Assembly: GCA_013239625.1 (NCBI GenBank)
Contig: MU054187.1
Coordinates: 7,017,757 to 7,081,756 of the forward strand
Source of the DNA: Lama guanicoe
Taxonomy: Eukaryota
Length of the DNA: 64,000 nucleotides
Reading direction: 5' to 3'
The notes beneath the pieces were generated by a model that saw nothing but the letters and a program-made list of their open reading frames with translations, was not told the origin of the DNA and did not search any database. A program made the position numbers and the translations under genes. Shown piece after piece: positions 1 to 12,032 of the stretch; positions within the stretch are counted from its first letter, which is position 1, and each line of letters opens with the position of its first letter.

Positions 1-225
1 AAAAATATCTTTTGAAAAGCATGAGTGCTAGATATGTCTTATGATGAAAAAGGTTACATGAAGATTAAATTTGGGAAGCATTCAGTCTATAGACCTTTCT
101 TGAAAATTAACTATACACATGTGTATTAAGGAGCTCAGAAATCCTGTGGTTAAAAGATAAATGAGCTAACCATTGAATACCTTTCTTTTCCTCAAGTTTT
201 CATAGAACATCTATTAACACTGAAG
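1..225. mobile_element. MER103C-like hAT-Charlie DNA transposon fossil (partial)
   Basis: Degenerate match to recalled MER103C motifs (TTTGGGAA.CA..; 'cacatgtgtattaaggagctcagaaatcctg' resembling 'cacattagcatattaaaggctctgagaagtcctg'; 'acatctattaaca'). Boundaries approximate. Confidence 0.55.
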
Positions 226-969
226 GAGGTTTGATGTACATAAATTATTCTTACACATCAAGATATGCTCTCTTTCCCAATAGTGGACATCAGCCAGGAG
301 AGTGCTTGAGGTCAGTGAGCTCTAAGGGTGTAGGTGGAAGGATGAGGGGCGGATGGGGAGGAAAAAAGGAGGAGAAGAAAAGGAGGTGAAAATCAAGTGG
401 AGATTTCTGATAAATTGACAATGGTTAGTCCTCCCTAACACCTCTGGCTGCTGAAGCACACATTTCAGGCTTTGAAATTCTTCCCTAGGGTTTGCTGTCT
501 TTTCCACTCGTCTTCAGCTGCTGGAAGTGTGGGAACTGTACTGGCCGGCAGGGCTGGCTTTCTGATGGTTGAAAGCATTCTTCCTGGGGACCGAAAAACC
601 AGTTTGTGAATCACAGCAACTTCTGATTCTGACAACTAAAGGTGGTAGACACAATAAAATCTCTCCAGCTCCTTGTATTTCTCCCTTGACCCAAACCACA
701 CGCTGACAGAGTTATAATATGAGAGGACGGAACTGCTAAACAAATGGATCATATGAAAAGTAAAAATCGTCAACTTAAGTGGACGTATGAAGTCAAACTC
801 CTTACAAACTCCATTGAAAGGGAGCTGTTGCTAAAAGTAACTACGCTAAATTTCAGTGAGTTGTGCCCATGCGTATAAGTATATATAAGTGACCCAAAGA
901 TAAAGTTCACTCTTTTAACCCCTTAACATGCTTAGAAGTTAATATGTCTTGTTATCAGAGATTCAAAGA

Positions 970-1550
970 TTATAAAGTAATACATGCTTATTATAAATGT
1001 AGAAAATATTTTTAAATAGTTAAAATATAAAAATCACCTCTCTGGTGATTTTGATCTGTATCATTTAAGAAACTTATCCTGTGATATACATCTGAGTCAG
1101 TATAAGTTTTTTAAACTTCGTATCATACAGCAAAAACTATTTTTAGGCCTTCTTTACACAAAAACGTGATGGTAATATTTTCCCTAGTCATTAAACATTC
1201 TACACAATATGCTTTTATATGAATATGCTATAATTTTTTAACATATGTAATTGTCCTCTATTTTATTCCCAGTATTTTAATATCATAAAGAAACGCTGGC
1301 ATAAATATTCTTAGATGTAAATCTTTTTGCTTGCCTTTGTTTTATTTTTTTTTCCCCTTCAAGACAACTCCCTAAAGGGAAGTTGTTGAGTCAGAGCACA
1401 TGGACATTTTAAAACTCTGATGTAACAGATCATCCTTCAGATGAAATTGTCCTTCAGATATTTTGGATCTCACAGGTCCACCAGAGGGTACGTGGAAGAG
1501 CCAGTATCTCCTCATCTTCACTAATAAATGGAGATTTTGAAGTGCAAAAA
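970..1550 (-). mobile_element. Ancient L1 (L1ME-type) 3' fragment
   Basis: Antisense L1ME-like phrases: 'aaagtaatacatgcttatt', 'cctaaagggaagttgttgagtcagagcacatggacatttta', 'ccaccagagggtacgtggaagagccagtatctcctcatcttcac'. Confidence 0.6.
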
Positions 1551-2403
1551 TCAAAGTCCTTTAAAAGTCTTCTTTCTCTCATAATTTACCCCAGATCTTA
1601 CTAGCTGCATTCTAGTGAAGGCAGTCTGGTAGTTTTTCTTGCTTTTGGGTACAGCTGAATTCAGGGCTGTGAATCTTACATAAGGGTACTTTCTGAGAAG
1701 AGTCTAAACTATACAGACATCTTTTATTTGTTTAAATAGTATTTAATGGGGAGATTTTGAGTGGTGCGGAATACAGCCATTACATTCCTCCTTGTCAGAT
1801 TAAGTGGTTATAAAACAGCTGTGAGCACCAGCTTAATGAATGTAGAAATTTTACTTAAGCACCAATAGATTCCAGTCTTCATCTTTTTTTTGTGAGTAGT
1901 TGTTAAATACACAATAAAGCGATGATATTAACACATAGAAATTGGAGACAGTCTCCTTTTTTTCAGAAATTTTAGTTTGGTCGCTTAATTAGGAGTTCCC
2001 ACATGTTGACCAATTTCCTAAAATAGCAATGATCTAAATGTCAAAGAGCTTTTCATGCAAATAGCAGGGAATCAGAAATCTACCTTGTTGAAGCATGAAT
2101 GATTATGTCACAGGCTACGGAACAGTTGCCATGTGACTTGGCAGCCAGCATTTTTCACATTTGCCAACGGTACCAGACTTTGCACAATCAGAATTAAGAA
2201 ATTAAGATCCTGCAAAGTTAAAAGAAAAGTGTAATTTTAATGTGTGGGACATACCAAAAAAGAGGGATGCATATGAAAATGAATTAATAATTATATTTAA
2301 ATCCAAGTAAAGTGTGCCAAAGTAAATGAAAGGTTGTTTTAGATTCTTCAATATGTTGTTTTTTCTTATCACTTTAGGTTTCATTTCATGAGATTAAAAT
2401 AGA

Positions 2404-2441
2404 AATTGACACAATGTTGTAAACTGACTATACTTCAATAA
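2404..2441 (+). mobile_element. Very short 5'-truncated camelid-type L1 3' end
   Basis: 'aattgacacaatgttgtaaactgactatacttcaataa' is the L1 terminal motif, flanked by an AAAATAGA direct repeat at 2396-2403 and 2442-2449 (probable TSD). Confidence 0.8.
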
Positions 2442-3289
2442 AAAATAGAGGCAGATGAGTTAGAAAGGAGAGACGTATGATTACAAATTGCTGTTATTAG
2501 ATGTGAAATTATCAATAGTATTAGCGTGGGCAGAAGTAAAATGGCTTTCTTTTGGCGGAAGAGACGAAAAGCATTTGAAGAACCATTAGATCAGTAATGA
2601 CCTGTAATATCACACAAGGCAGACACTAAAACAGGAGAACAGGTATCACTGACTTCTTTGAAGTCCCCTCAAGGAATCATCCTAAAATTTCTCCTGAGTA
2701 GAAATGAAGCTTTAACACTCTTAGTTAAAGAAAGAAAATTTTCTTTGCGAAGTGAATTTCCCCAGGCCTACAGATACACCCAGACAGCAGAAGATTGAGA
2801 TGTCTTGTTTATGCCCGGGCTCCACTTTAGCTGTGAGCGTGGACGTCCTGCAGAGTTGACTGATGACTGGGCAGTGTTTTTCTGTCACTTCTAGCAATGA
2901 CTTAAAATGACTCATAGATGCTGCAGGCTTTGTCCTCTTGTCTTCCTGTGCAGGGAGGGGTCCATGAGATTCTAAGTTATGATGGCCACTGGAAGCAGTA
3001 AAGACAACATTTTGGAAGCCCTCATGTTCCTCGTAGGTCCTGTGAACTTGGAAATGTATGAGGACTATTTTTATATGTAAAACGCTGGAGGGGACTTCAG
3101 CATCCAAGTAGGGAATGTGGGTAAATATATGATGTTCTGTCTTCCTGGTGGAATCAATACAGTTCTCTAAGTCGAAGTTTAGGAAGAATTTAGGATAGCT
3201 TGAGAAACTGCTGTGAAAGGAATAAGTTGTCAACTATGTTAAAAACTAAAAATAAGTCTGGAAACTATGTGTCAGAACACGACGAGGAG

Positions 3290-3406
3290 GATGTGAAAAT
3301 AAGTGTATGTGTATATTCATGTTTGACTGAAGCATTGTGCTGTACACTGGAAATTGACACAACATTGTAAACTGACTACAACTCAATAAAGTAAACAAAC
3401 AAACAA
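3290..3406 (+). mobile_element. 5'-truncated camelid-type L1 3' end
   Basis: 'atgtgaaaataagtgtatg...gactgaagcattgtgctgtacactggaaattgacacaacattgtaaactgactacaactcaataaa' followed by an (AAAC)n tail. Degenerate TSD ACGACGAGGAG / ATGACCAGGAG. Confidence 0.85.
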
Positions 3407-4174
3407 ATGACCAGGAGAGAACACAACAGAGGTTTAACTTGATTTGATTTTCTGTGTGAGGACCTTGGGTCATTACTTTTTAACCTTCTTGCGTTTCTAA
3501 TTTTCCAAATTTTCTCTAATAATCATATACTGATTGTTGTTATATGTAATGCTCCCTAATTTGAAAATACATCGTGGATCCCAGGAGCAGGTACCTGGTG
3601 GAGGGAACACGGAGCATCTTGCAGGAGCAGTGGCTGCCCCTGGCTCCGTGGCACCCTTTCTGCTCCCCGCTGTCTTCCCCGCTCCCCTCTCCTCCTTTCC
3701 TTTCAGCCCTGTCTCTGTGCTTCTCTGTGCAAGTTTCACATTTTTCTCATCTGTCCTTCCATAGGTAATGATCCAATCCTTATTGAAAGCAATATGTAAA
3801 ATCAGTTTTGTTCACTCTTTCTTGAGCTATACTTTGTATGGGGAGTCAGTGTGCCAAAGTCAGAAATGAGCTGTGTGCTCAAATAGAAGGACATTTACGT
3901 TTGTGCCCAGTTACCACTGCTGTGAACCCCCACCTCTTCCCTGATCTGTGACTTACGGGTACATCAGTGAGCCTCGTAGCTGACAGATCAGTCTGTCACC
4001 CAGAATCACCTCCAGTCACCTACTATATTATCTCTCTCCTTGGCTCCCATTTATCAAAGATGTCCTCAAGGCCAGTGTCAGGAGCAGCCACTATGACAGT
4101 GCCAATATCTACGCTCAGGACTGCTGATACCCCCACAGTTGCTGATCCCCGGGTGCCAGAACAGTGTCCTGGGC

Positions 4175-4390
4175 AATGAAAGAGGCCAGCGTAGCTGGGG
4201 GATGGACAGTAAGCAGAGGTGGAGCCCAAGATTAGACCAGAAGGGTGGGCAAAGCCTGGCATGCAGGACCTTCCAGGCCGAGTTAATTAAGGATATTAGG
4301 CTTTATCCAAGGATCACTAGGGAGTTCTTAAGAGATGTCAAGCAGGGGAAGTGATGTGAAAAGTAAATGATGATTCTGGCCGTGGTCCAC
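4175..4390 (-). mobile_element. L2 LINE fragment
   Basis: Antisense L2 phrases 'gaggccagcgtagctgg...caggaccttccaggcc...taaggatattaggctttatcc...aagcaggggaagtga...gatgattctggc'. Confidence 0.65.
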
Positions 4391-4770
4391 ACTGGCACAG
4401 CTGGTGGGTGATGTCCCAGAATGAGAGCCCAGGTCCGCTGGATTGTGAAGCGTGGACCCTTTCCACGCTGCAGAGAAGACCCTGTTAAGTACACTTGCAG
4501 TTCACAAATTGTAAGGGATGTGCAGCATCTTAGGATAGTGTTAAGATATTTACCGTGCAGCTCCTGCTTCTCTGTTAGTGTAATATTGCTTCCCCCTGGC
4601 CCAGGCTTTTCAGTTCTTAAAAAGATAAGACTTAGCAGGTGTTTGAGCCTGGAAGCAAGAAAGCAATTTAAAAATACCAGCATCATTATGGCTAAGGAAT
4701 AGGTTTCCATCAAGTGTCTCCGTGCCTCAGCATCCATCCAGGGTAAAAAGAAAATTAGGCACGCAGCACA

Positions 4771-5060
4771 CTGATTGGCTCGCCTCACGTGGCGCTCCGT
4801 GTCGGGCGCGGCAGTCTGGTACTCCGCCCAGTCTAAGGCAGAGCCATTAACGTTTGTACTTAGCTGCACGGATTCAAATGCTGAGTGTTCTGAATGTTTG
4901 CAGGCAGATGCTATCAAAGATGTTCTCCTTTCACAGCTTCCTCAGTTCATTTGCATAGAACAGCCATTGCCACCGGCCATGAGGTGCAGTCAGCTGAGAA
5001 GCATCTTCGTTCGTTTGTTTGCTATTGAATTATGAACATGTGCTCGTACAGCGGAAGCAT
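4771..5060. promoter_or_regulatory. Candidate promoter/enhancer motif cluster
   Basis: CTGATTGGCT (reverse AGCCAATCAG, NF-Y) 4771-4780; CACGTG 4786-4791; ACTCCGCCCA (reverse TGGGCGGAGT, Sp/KLF) 4821-4830; ATCAAAG (TCF/LEF) 4913-4919; octamer ATTTGCAT 4949-4956. Nine CpGs in 4760-4830. Confidence 0.45.
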
Positions 5061-5799
5061 TGTTCACTTTACTGCACGGGATCAACTGTTATCCCAGTCT
5101 TGGTTTATTGCTGTTTTTGTTGTTTTACTTACTCTGTTGGGAAGAAGATATTAACATGAGCAGAAAGGCTTTTTAGATGTTGATTTTAATGGAAAGACAT
5201 TCAGGACCCACTTTTTTCATTGAATTCTGCCTTCCTCTTTGTAACCAGGATTGGATGCTTTGCCTTTAATGAAATGTGCATTTTATTTACCCCTTCACAC
5301 AAGTCCAAGGTCAGGGCAGTTCTTGAATTCAGAAAACATCATTATCTCCGATATTGATTTGTTATTCTTCTTAGTTACCTTCCATATGGAACACTGAAAG
5401 GACCCAGAAGGTAAAAGCTCGAACAACACCCAACCCCAACTAAGGGTGCCCTTCAGGTGTGAATTTTATGACTTCTTTGGTCTCATTCAGAAACTAATGT
5501 CAACCAAAGGGTCCTTGTCCCACCTTAAGATGAGAAGCTGGTCAAGATTCAGACAAAATTCGCTGCTGACAAGGCAGCATTTTGGTCAGTAGCTGTGGGA
5601 GGAATTGGTGGAGCCAATATATTGACAAGACAGTCACTTCCACTCAGTCTTGGGAAGTAAGATCCCCGCCTCCCGTCCCAGACCGTGGTGTCAAATTGCT
5701 CTTCATCCAGTCTGTTCCATCTTCTTCCATTGTCAACATGTCCTGCTCATCTGACTTCCACTGCTAGTTATCCTGCAACCTACATACATGCTCATGCTC

Positions 5800-5957
5800 A
5801 AATATATAAATATATAAATTTTCTGTGTATATATATAAAACTATATATACAACTATACATATATATAACTAGGTATACATATATAAGATTATATTTACAC
5901 ATTTAATGGTATATAACAGTATAACTTAGCTATATATAATATGTACATGTATGCATG
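5800..5957. repeat. TA-rich low-complexity / degenerate (TA)n
   Basis: Runs of tatata/tataca/tatgta seen directly. Confidence 0.85.
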
Positions 5958-7149
5958 TAAGTCTCCCTTGTTCCTCAGTAAGTCTGTAGTGGCTACACTC
6001 TCTTTTTTCATCAAGACAGAGCTAAGGACTGTGAAATAAAGATGGCAATGAAACATTTTTTTCTTCAGACCTTCTTATTCTCCTGACATGCAGTGTTCCA
6101 GGAAGATTAATCTGGCCGTGGGTGCTGGAGGCAGGCAGATCAGTGTGTGGCTATTACAAGAGTTGACTGAGTATGAGGTGATAAATACTTGCACAAAACT
6201 TCTGCTCTAAATATCCTGCCCTATTTCAAAACTCCCGTGACTTGTGCAAACTTTGCTCTCAAAATCGTCCTGGGTGCCAAGCCCGTCTCCCGTTGCCATG
6301 TACCCTCCCCTGTTGCTAAGGCTTCTTCTGGTGATGAGTGGTCCACACGCTCAGCTTGGTTTGTCTGTTTTTTACACTGTTTATTTGTGTTTACCTCTTG
6401 CTTGTCACTTTGTGTACAGTTTTGAATACCCTTTGGGTCTCATGGGTTCAAGCAAAGGGCTAAGGGATTTTTTTTAACACATAATGTTACTGATTTTAAG
6501 AGATAATTAAGCTCCATATTCTTTTTACTGTGGTAGCTATGGTATTTTGTTTTGTTTTATCTTTTTTTTTCTTTTTCATATGTCTTGATATATTAGATGA
6601 GTCACTTCCCCAAGTCTTTATTGCAGATGTATGATAAAATTTAACATCTTTACAATGTGAGGTTATCTGTCAGGGAACAGAGTGTAACTTTCCATTTATT
6701 TAGGTCTTTTGTATCTGTCAGTAGTTAATAAAGTTTTAAAATAAAAAAATTTTTCTCTACACTGTCTTATGTATTCATCCATAAATAATTCCAAGATACT
6801 GTATTATCTTTTTGATAGTTTAAATAATATCTTATTTTCCACTTTATTTTATTTCCTATTTGGTTACTCCTTGTGTAGAAGAATTTTTGAACATTGATTT
6901 CATAATCTGACAACTTTCCAAAACTATCTTATTTTTAAGAATTTATGTGTTAATTCTATTGGCATTTCTTTGTAGATGAACATACATTGGTAAATAATGA
7001 CTATCGCTTTCTTTTTCAATTCTTATACCTCTTTACATTTTATCTTTTCTTATTGCATTTTCTAGGACCTTCAGTACTATATAGAACAATAAAGCAAAAA
7101 ATATTGATAAGGAACATCTCTGCCTCATTTCCTCTTTTTAAAAATATTC

Positions 7150-7258
7150 ACCGCTGCTCTATACATATGAAATTTGTTGAGAGGAAATCCAAGCGTTCCC
7201 ATCCCAAAGGAAAAATATCTTTTCTCTTTCTTTCTTTCTTTCTTTTCTTTCTTTCTTT

Positions 7259-7298
<40 letters not shown>

Positions 7299-7341
7299 TT
7301 CCTTTCTTTCTTTCTCTTTCTTTTTTTCTTTCTTTCTTTTC

Positions 7342-7378
<37 letters not shown>

Positions 7379-7562
7379 TTTCTTCCTTTCTTCCTTTCTT
7401 CCTTTCTTCCTTTCTTCCTTTCTTTCTTTCATCTCTGTGAGATAATGGATGTTAACTAAGCTTATTGTGTAATTATTTCACAATATATGTAAGTCAAATC
7501 ATTATACTGTATACCCTAAACTTATTCAGTGTTTAATGTCAGTTACAGCTCAATAAAGCTGC
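7150..7562 (+). mobile_element. L1 3'UTR (L1MA9-like) nested in the older L1
   Basis: 'tatgaaatttgttgagaggaaatccaagcgttcccatcccaaaggaaaaa' ... 'gagataatggatgttaactaagcttattgtg...gtaagtcaaatcattatactgtataccctaaacttat...ctcaataaagctg'. Confidence 0.75.
7218..7430. repeat. Compound (CTTT)n/(CTTCCTTT)n pure-pyrimidine microsatellite
   Basis: About 213 nt containing only C/T on the + strand. Confidence 0.97.
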
Positions 7563-9013
7563 ACCAAAGTCACCCCATTATGTTTTTGTGGGGTTTTGGT
7601 AACTTGCCATTATCAAGTTAAGGAATTTCCTTTTAGTTTTACTTTTCTCAGAATTTTTATTATGATGTTGAATTTCATCAAATACTTTTTTTCATCTGAG
7701 AAAATCCTATACTTTCCCGTTAATTCATTAATTTGATGAATTGTATTGTTTCATGTTCTAGTATTAAAATATTTTATCCTAACAAGCACTCTTGAAAATA
7801 AAGTGCTGTTTTTGTTTAATGTTTTATTGTGAGGAGCCAATTTAATTAATTTGGATTTTCTTTCATACCTGAGAAATCCCCATACAAATGTCTTTTTTTT
7901 ATTTCATTATCCAGTTTGTATTATCTACCCCTTGAAAGTTTGATAGAGTTTTTTGTAAAACTGTCTGGGCCTTGAGTACGTTTTTTGATGAAAAGGAAAA
8001 TGTTTAATTCATATTTTAATTTTTTAATGGTCATCATGTATTCATTAAACCAGTATTACCAGTTTTGGCATTTTATATTTTTCCAGAAATGTATCCTTCT
8101 TAAGATTTCCAAATTTAGTGGCATATGATAAAGAAAATATTTTAAGTTTTCACATCTGGACATATTTCTTTTCCTACATTCTGTAATTTGTTTATATGGA
8201 TCTTTCATCTCCCATATTCATTAAAAATACATAAGTATTAACAGAAGTTTGTCTTTTAGTATTTTCAAATGATCAGTTTTGCTTTGTTCATCTTTTTGGA
8301 TTGTTAGTATTTCTTTTTTATTTCAGTGATTGCTGAGATTAATTTTGTTATTTCCTTTCCATTTCTTTGGCTTTATTATCTTTTCCTTTTCTTATTTCTT
8401 ACTTAATTTTTTTTTGCAGTTCTTGTTTTCTGGTAAATCCATTTAAAGTTTTAATTTTTCCTATAAATTCTTTGTTAGCTGTGTCTAGCCCTTGTCAATG
8501 TGTAGTTTTTAAATTGTCACTTAGCTCTGAGCTATTCCTAATTTCCCATATTATTACCATTTTAACCCAAGTTTGGTCGTAAGTCTTTTGGTTTACAGAC
8601 ACATGCAATTTTAGTTACTGTTTTTATTGGTTTGTAATAATTTTTCATGTATCCAATATTGATTCTTTGACATTTATTGAAGTTTTCTTTGAGAGTTATG
8701 ACTTTTATGTATGTTCCATGTGTACTTAAAATGCTTATTCTGTTTAGTATAAAAACTATGTATCTATCTATTAATCTAAGCGTTGAGTCATAGTACTCAG
8801 CAGTTCTTTAATGTTATTAGTTTCTGGAAACGTCATCTTAAGAATATCAGTCACAATCTTTTATTAATGTATGTTTCCTATAGATGTGATAATTGCACTT
8901 TGATTTCAATATAGACAAATGCATATGTATTTATGAATATTATAACTTTGAGGGATGGGGAAAGTTTTTAAAAAAAATTTTTTTAAAGTTTTTGTGCAGG
9001 ATCTTGAGGCTGG

Positions 9014-9238
9014 ATGGTATATACTGGATATAAAACAAAACACAGTATCATAGGAATCAGAAGAGCTTGTCTGAATTTTGCCAGTTATCAGCCGGACAGC
9101 TCTACCTCTCTGAGCATTAGCACTTAGAAATAGTCATGCTTGCCCAGTCTGCCTCGGTTAATCTCATATAAATAAAATCAGATAAGACAGTGTCCAGCCA
9201 CAGCATTTTCAAAACTATAAGGGCTTTCACAGGTAAGG
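9014..9238 (+). mobile_element. MIR SINE (degenerate)
   Basis: 'ggaatcagaagagcttgtctgaatttt', 'acctctctgagc', 'aaaactataagggctttcacaggtaagg'. Confidence 0.55.
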
Positions 9239-9446
9239 AGTTAGTGGATCTTATTGCGAACAGTACTTCCTGCAATACTCTGCAAAAAAATGGTTGGTGG
9301 TATTTTCTTCGCTCTGGCCTGTTTAATCCTGGAGTAAAATGCCTGTTAGGTCACATCGGAACTCTCAACAGCACCTGTCATGAGCATCTCGTATATAGTC
9401 TTTAAGCTTCCTGTATGGTCATATTAATTTTTTTTTTACTTTATCA

Positions 9447-9764
9447 GAGATCCACAGTTCCTCATCCAAAATGCATAGGGTGAGATGTGTTTCAGAATTG
9501 AGAACTTTTCAGCTTTCAGAAATGTGCTATGACACATACAGTATAAAGTTTGTAAAAAACAAACAAACAAAAAAAACCCTCAGGGGAGTTGGAGACAGAG
9601 CTCCCTAACCAAACACATTAGTATTTCCGCAGGGGAATGTGTCAGAATTCTCGCAAAGAGGACAAAGGAGATATGTAGTTTCTTTCTGGGTCAGTTCAGG
9701 TTATGCTGCCAAATTCAAGAGACTTAAAATTAAGAAAACCTTTATTATAAGGGTTATGATGTAG
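9447..9764. mobile_element. MER46C-like TcMar-Tigger DNA transposon
   Basis: 'tccacagttcctcatccaaaa...agatgtgtttcagaattgagaactttt', 'aaccaaacacattagtatttccgcag', 'gtcagttcaggttatgctgccaaat' match recalled MER46C. Confidence 0.75.
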
Positions 9765-11782
9765 TAGGATTTTTTTAAATGCACAGAAAAATCCCCACGC
9801 TCCGCTTAATTGGTCTTTCCAGCTTGCTTTCTTCTTTGGTGCTATTGGCAATGAGAACACAGTTCTAGTTTGGCCTTTAACTTGTCTTACCCCATGTCAG
9901 TGGAAGGAGCAGATGTTATCTGAGGATTTTCAAACTGTGCCATTTGTTTCTCTTCTTTTATAGGGTTTGCACTCACTAACTCAAAGGTTTAACCACATGA
10001 AGCTGTAACGTGATCTTTGTAAAGGAACTCCGAATATTTAACGCTCACCAGAAATCTCAAAATGCTTTTTCATTGGGGTTGAACAGCTTCATTTAAGTGA
10101 AAAACAACTGGTCTTTAGGAGCAGGGCTTACAGAGTTATGGGATCCACTTTTCTGCATACTTTTCCAAGATTGCACAGGGCCGTGTTGACAAATACTTCA
10201 TGAGATTCTAAGTGAATGAACACAAACCTGAGGTTAGGAGCCAGGCTTAACTTTGTCGTCCGTTAAATCTGTGCCCGACTTCCAGAACGCCAACCTGCTC
10301 TATCCCGCTGTATATTTGTATTTGACGGGAAGCCTTCACAAATGGGGAGGGCATAAAATATTTAGAGCCCACGGAGCACTCAGGACTGTCAGAGTGATCT
10401 GTTGCCCACACGTGGCCCTGTGCTGGGGCTGTTCGGGCAGATTTGTCCATTTATGTGGAATATAGCCCCGGTCTCCGCTTTCTCAGATTTCAGTGAGTTC
10501 TATCATAAAACTAACAATAAACTTGGACATGCACTTGAGTTCTGTTTCTTTTTTCTTTCTTTTCTGGCCTTCGGGTCATGTATATGTGATTGAGGGAGGT
10601 AGAGTCTGTCTTCAGAATGAGTGAGTTTTTAAGTATTAAAACACTGTAAGGTTTGCTTGTGGTTTAGAAAGAGAACAAGTGTCAGGGGTCCTCCACCTCC
10701 TCCCTTTACTTCCGGATGAGTTCATACCTTACTAAAGTGTTGGAACAACTTGTCTTTAGTGAAATACAGTAAGGTCTCGTTAAACCACCACATGGCATAG
10801 ACCACGTGTGGTCCTTCCCTACTGGGTTTGCCATCTGTCAGTAGTGGATATAAATGGCTTTGACTGAAGCGAGTCTTAGCAGGAAGATGAATGTGTATCC
10901 ACAATATCTAAGACCAGAGCCTCCAGCAAAAGCAAAATTATGTATTTTTAATTGCAGTATTCTTTGTATTCAGGTTACTAGTGAGTTTTAATGCTTGTTT
11001 ATTGTTCCCTCTACCCTTGCTGGTGGGGAGGGGATAGTTCCATTGTGCTTTTGGTGACTGATTGGTGGCTTTCTGTCTTTATTTCAGTCATTTCTCTCCT
11101 TCCACTTTGCCATCCTTGGCTAATTCATGAAGAATGTTGTGACTGTACAAATAAAAAACTGAGGCTAAAGCTTACTTTAGTTTATCAGATTGTACTTGAA
11201 AAACTCCACTACATCTGCAGAGCCACCATCGTCATAAATCTGATCGCCAAAGTATGTTGTTATTATCAATAGCATTGCAATCTTCAGTCTGAACAAAGAG
11301 CTTTTTACTGCTGCTGTGATTGAGTGAGCTGATGAAATTCTGGCTTGCCTTCGCTGTTTGCTAGACCCTCACGTAAGGACTGGCAAGAGCACAAGAAGAA
11401 AAGGACACCCCCCCCCAGATTTATTAAAATCACCTGCGTGACGTTTGAAGGGACTGATGTTTGAATTATCCCGAGTCCCAGCCTCCAGCTTTTAGAGCAG
11501 ATGGCTACTTATTCATCATTTGGTCTTAACATCCACATTATTTCAGAAACATTCGTTCATGTGGACTGAGGGTGAGATTTGGTGTCAGGGCACGGGTAAG
11601 ATAGAAAAGAAAGTGGGAGAAGGGCAAAGACTATGGCTCTCGCAGACCCAGAAGGGTTAGAAGCATAGTTCTGGAATCTGGCCTCCAATCACATCTCAAA
11701 CCTCTTAACATGTTCTACAACGGGCCAGTAGTTGCCTTGGGGTTGCTTCTCCAAAGCAAATGCCGCTTAATCAATTTAATGG

Positions 11783-12032
11783 TAATAATTATTAGGTATA
11801 GAGGGGCTAGCTATTTGCCAGGCACTGCATTAAGCACTTCAAATAATGACTCATTTAACCTTTAGAATAACCCTTGAGGACAAGCTGTTGTTCCCCACAC
11901 TGCGCAGGTAAAGAACTAAGGCTCAGAAAGGCTGAGGAGGTGGTCCAGGTCACGCAGAGCGTTAACTGCAGGGCTGGGAGATGGAGCCCCATCAGTGTGG
12001 CTCCAGGGTCCTGGCCACTGATCGCTGCTCTG
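11783..12032 (-). mobile_element. MIR SINE
   Basis: 'tgccaggcactgcattaagcactt...ctcatttaacct...gaactaaggctcagaaaggctgag...ccaggtcacgcag...ggctccagggtcc'. Confidence 0.85.

Larger units (their letters stand above)
6600..8940 (-). mobile_element. Ancient L1 (L1ME/L1M-type) ORF2-region remnant, interrupted at ~7150-7562
   Basis: Long T-rich tract with antisense L1 ORF2 phrases ('ttccatttatttaggtcttt', 'tctaggaccttcagtacta', 'gttgaatttcatcaaatactttt', 'gtaaaactgtctgggccttg', 'tatgttccatgtgtacttaaa'). No intact ORF. Confidence 0.8.

Noticed and set aside
1478..1491. CTCF-like motif CCACCAGAGGGTAC (also partial matches near 22097 and 28563)
   Set aside because: Mismatches at informative positions; the first lies in an L1 remnant; not supportable without PWM scoring or ChIP.
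4771..4792. ERSE (CCAAT-N9-CCACG)
   Set aside because: The order on the minus strand is CCACG-N9-CCAAT, the reverse of the ERSE arrangement.
4303..4917. 204-aa minus-strand ORF
   Set aside because: No recognisable domain; runs into an L2 fragment; consistent with chance.
6987..7445. Overlapping F/L/S-rich and K/E/R-rich ORFs (6987-7445, 7148-7432, 7174-7440)
   Set aside because: Translations of the (CTTT)n microsatellite and flanking L1; not genes.
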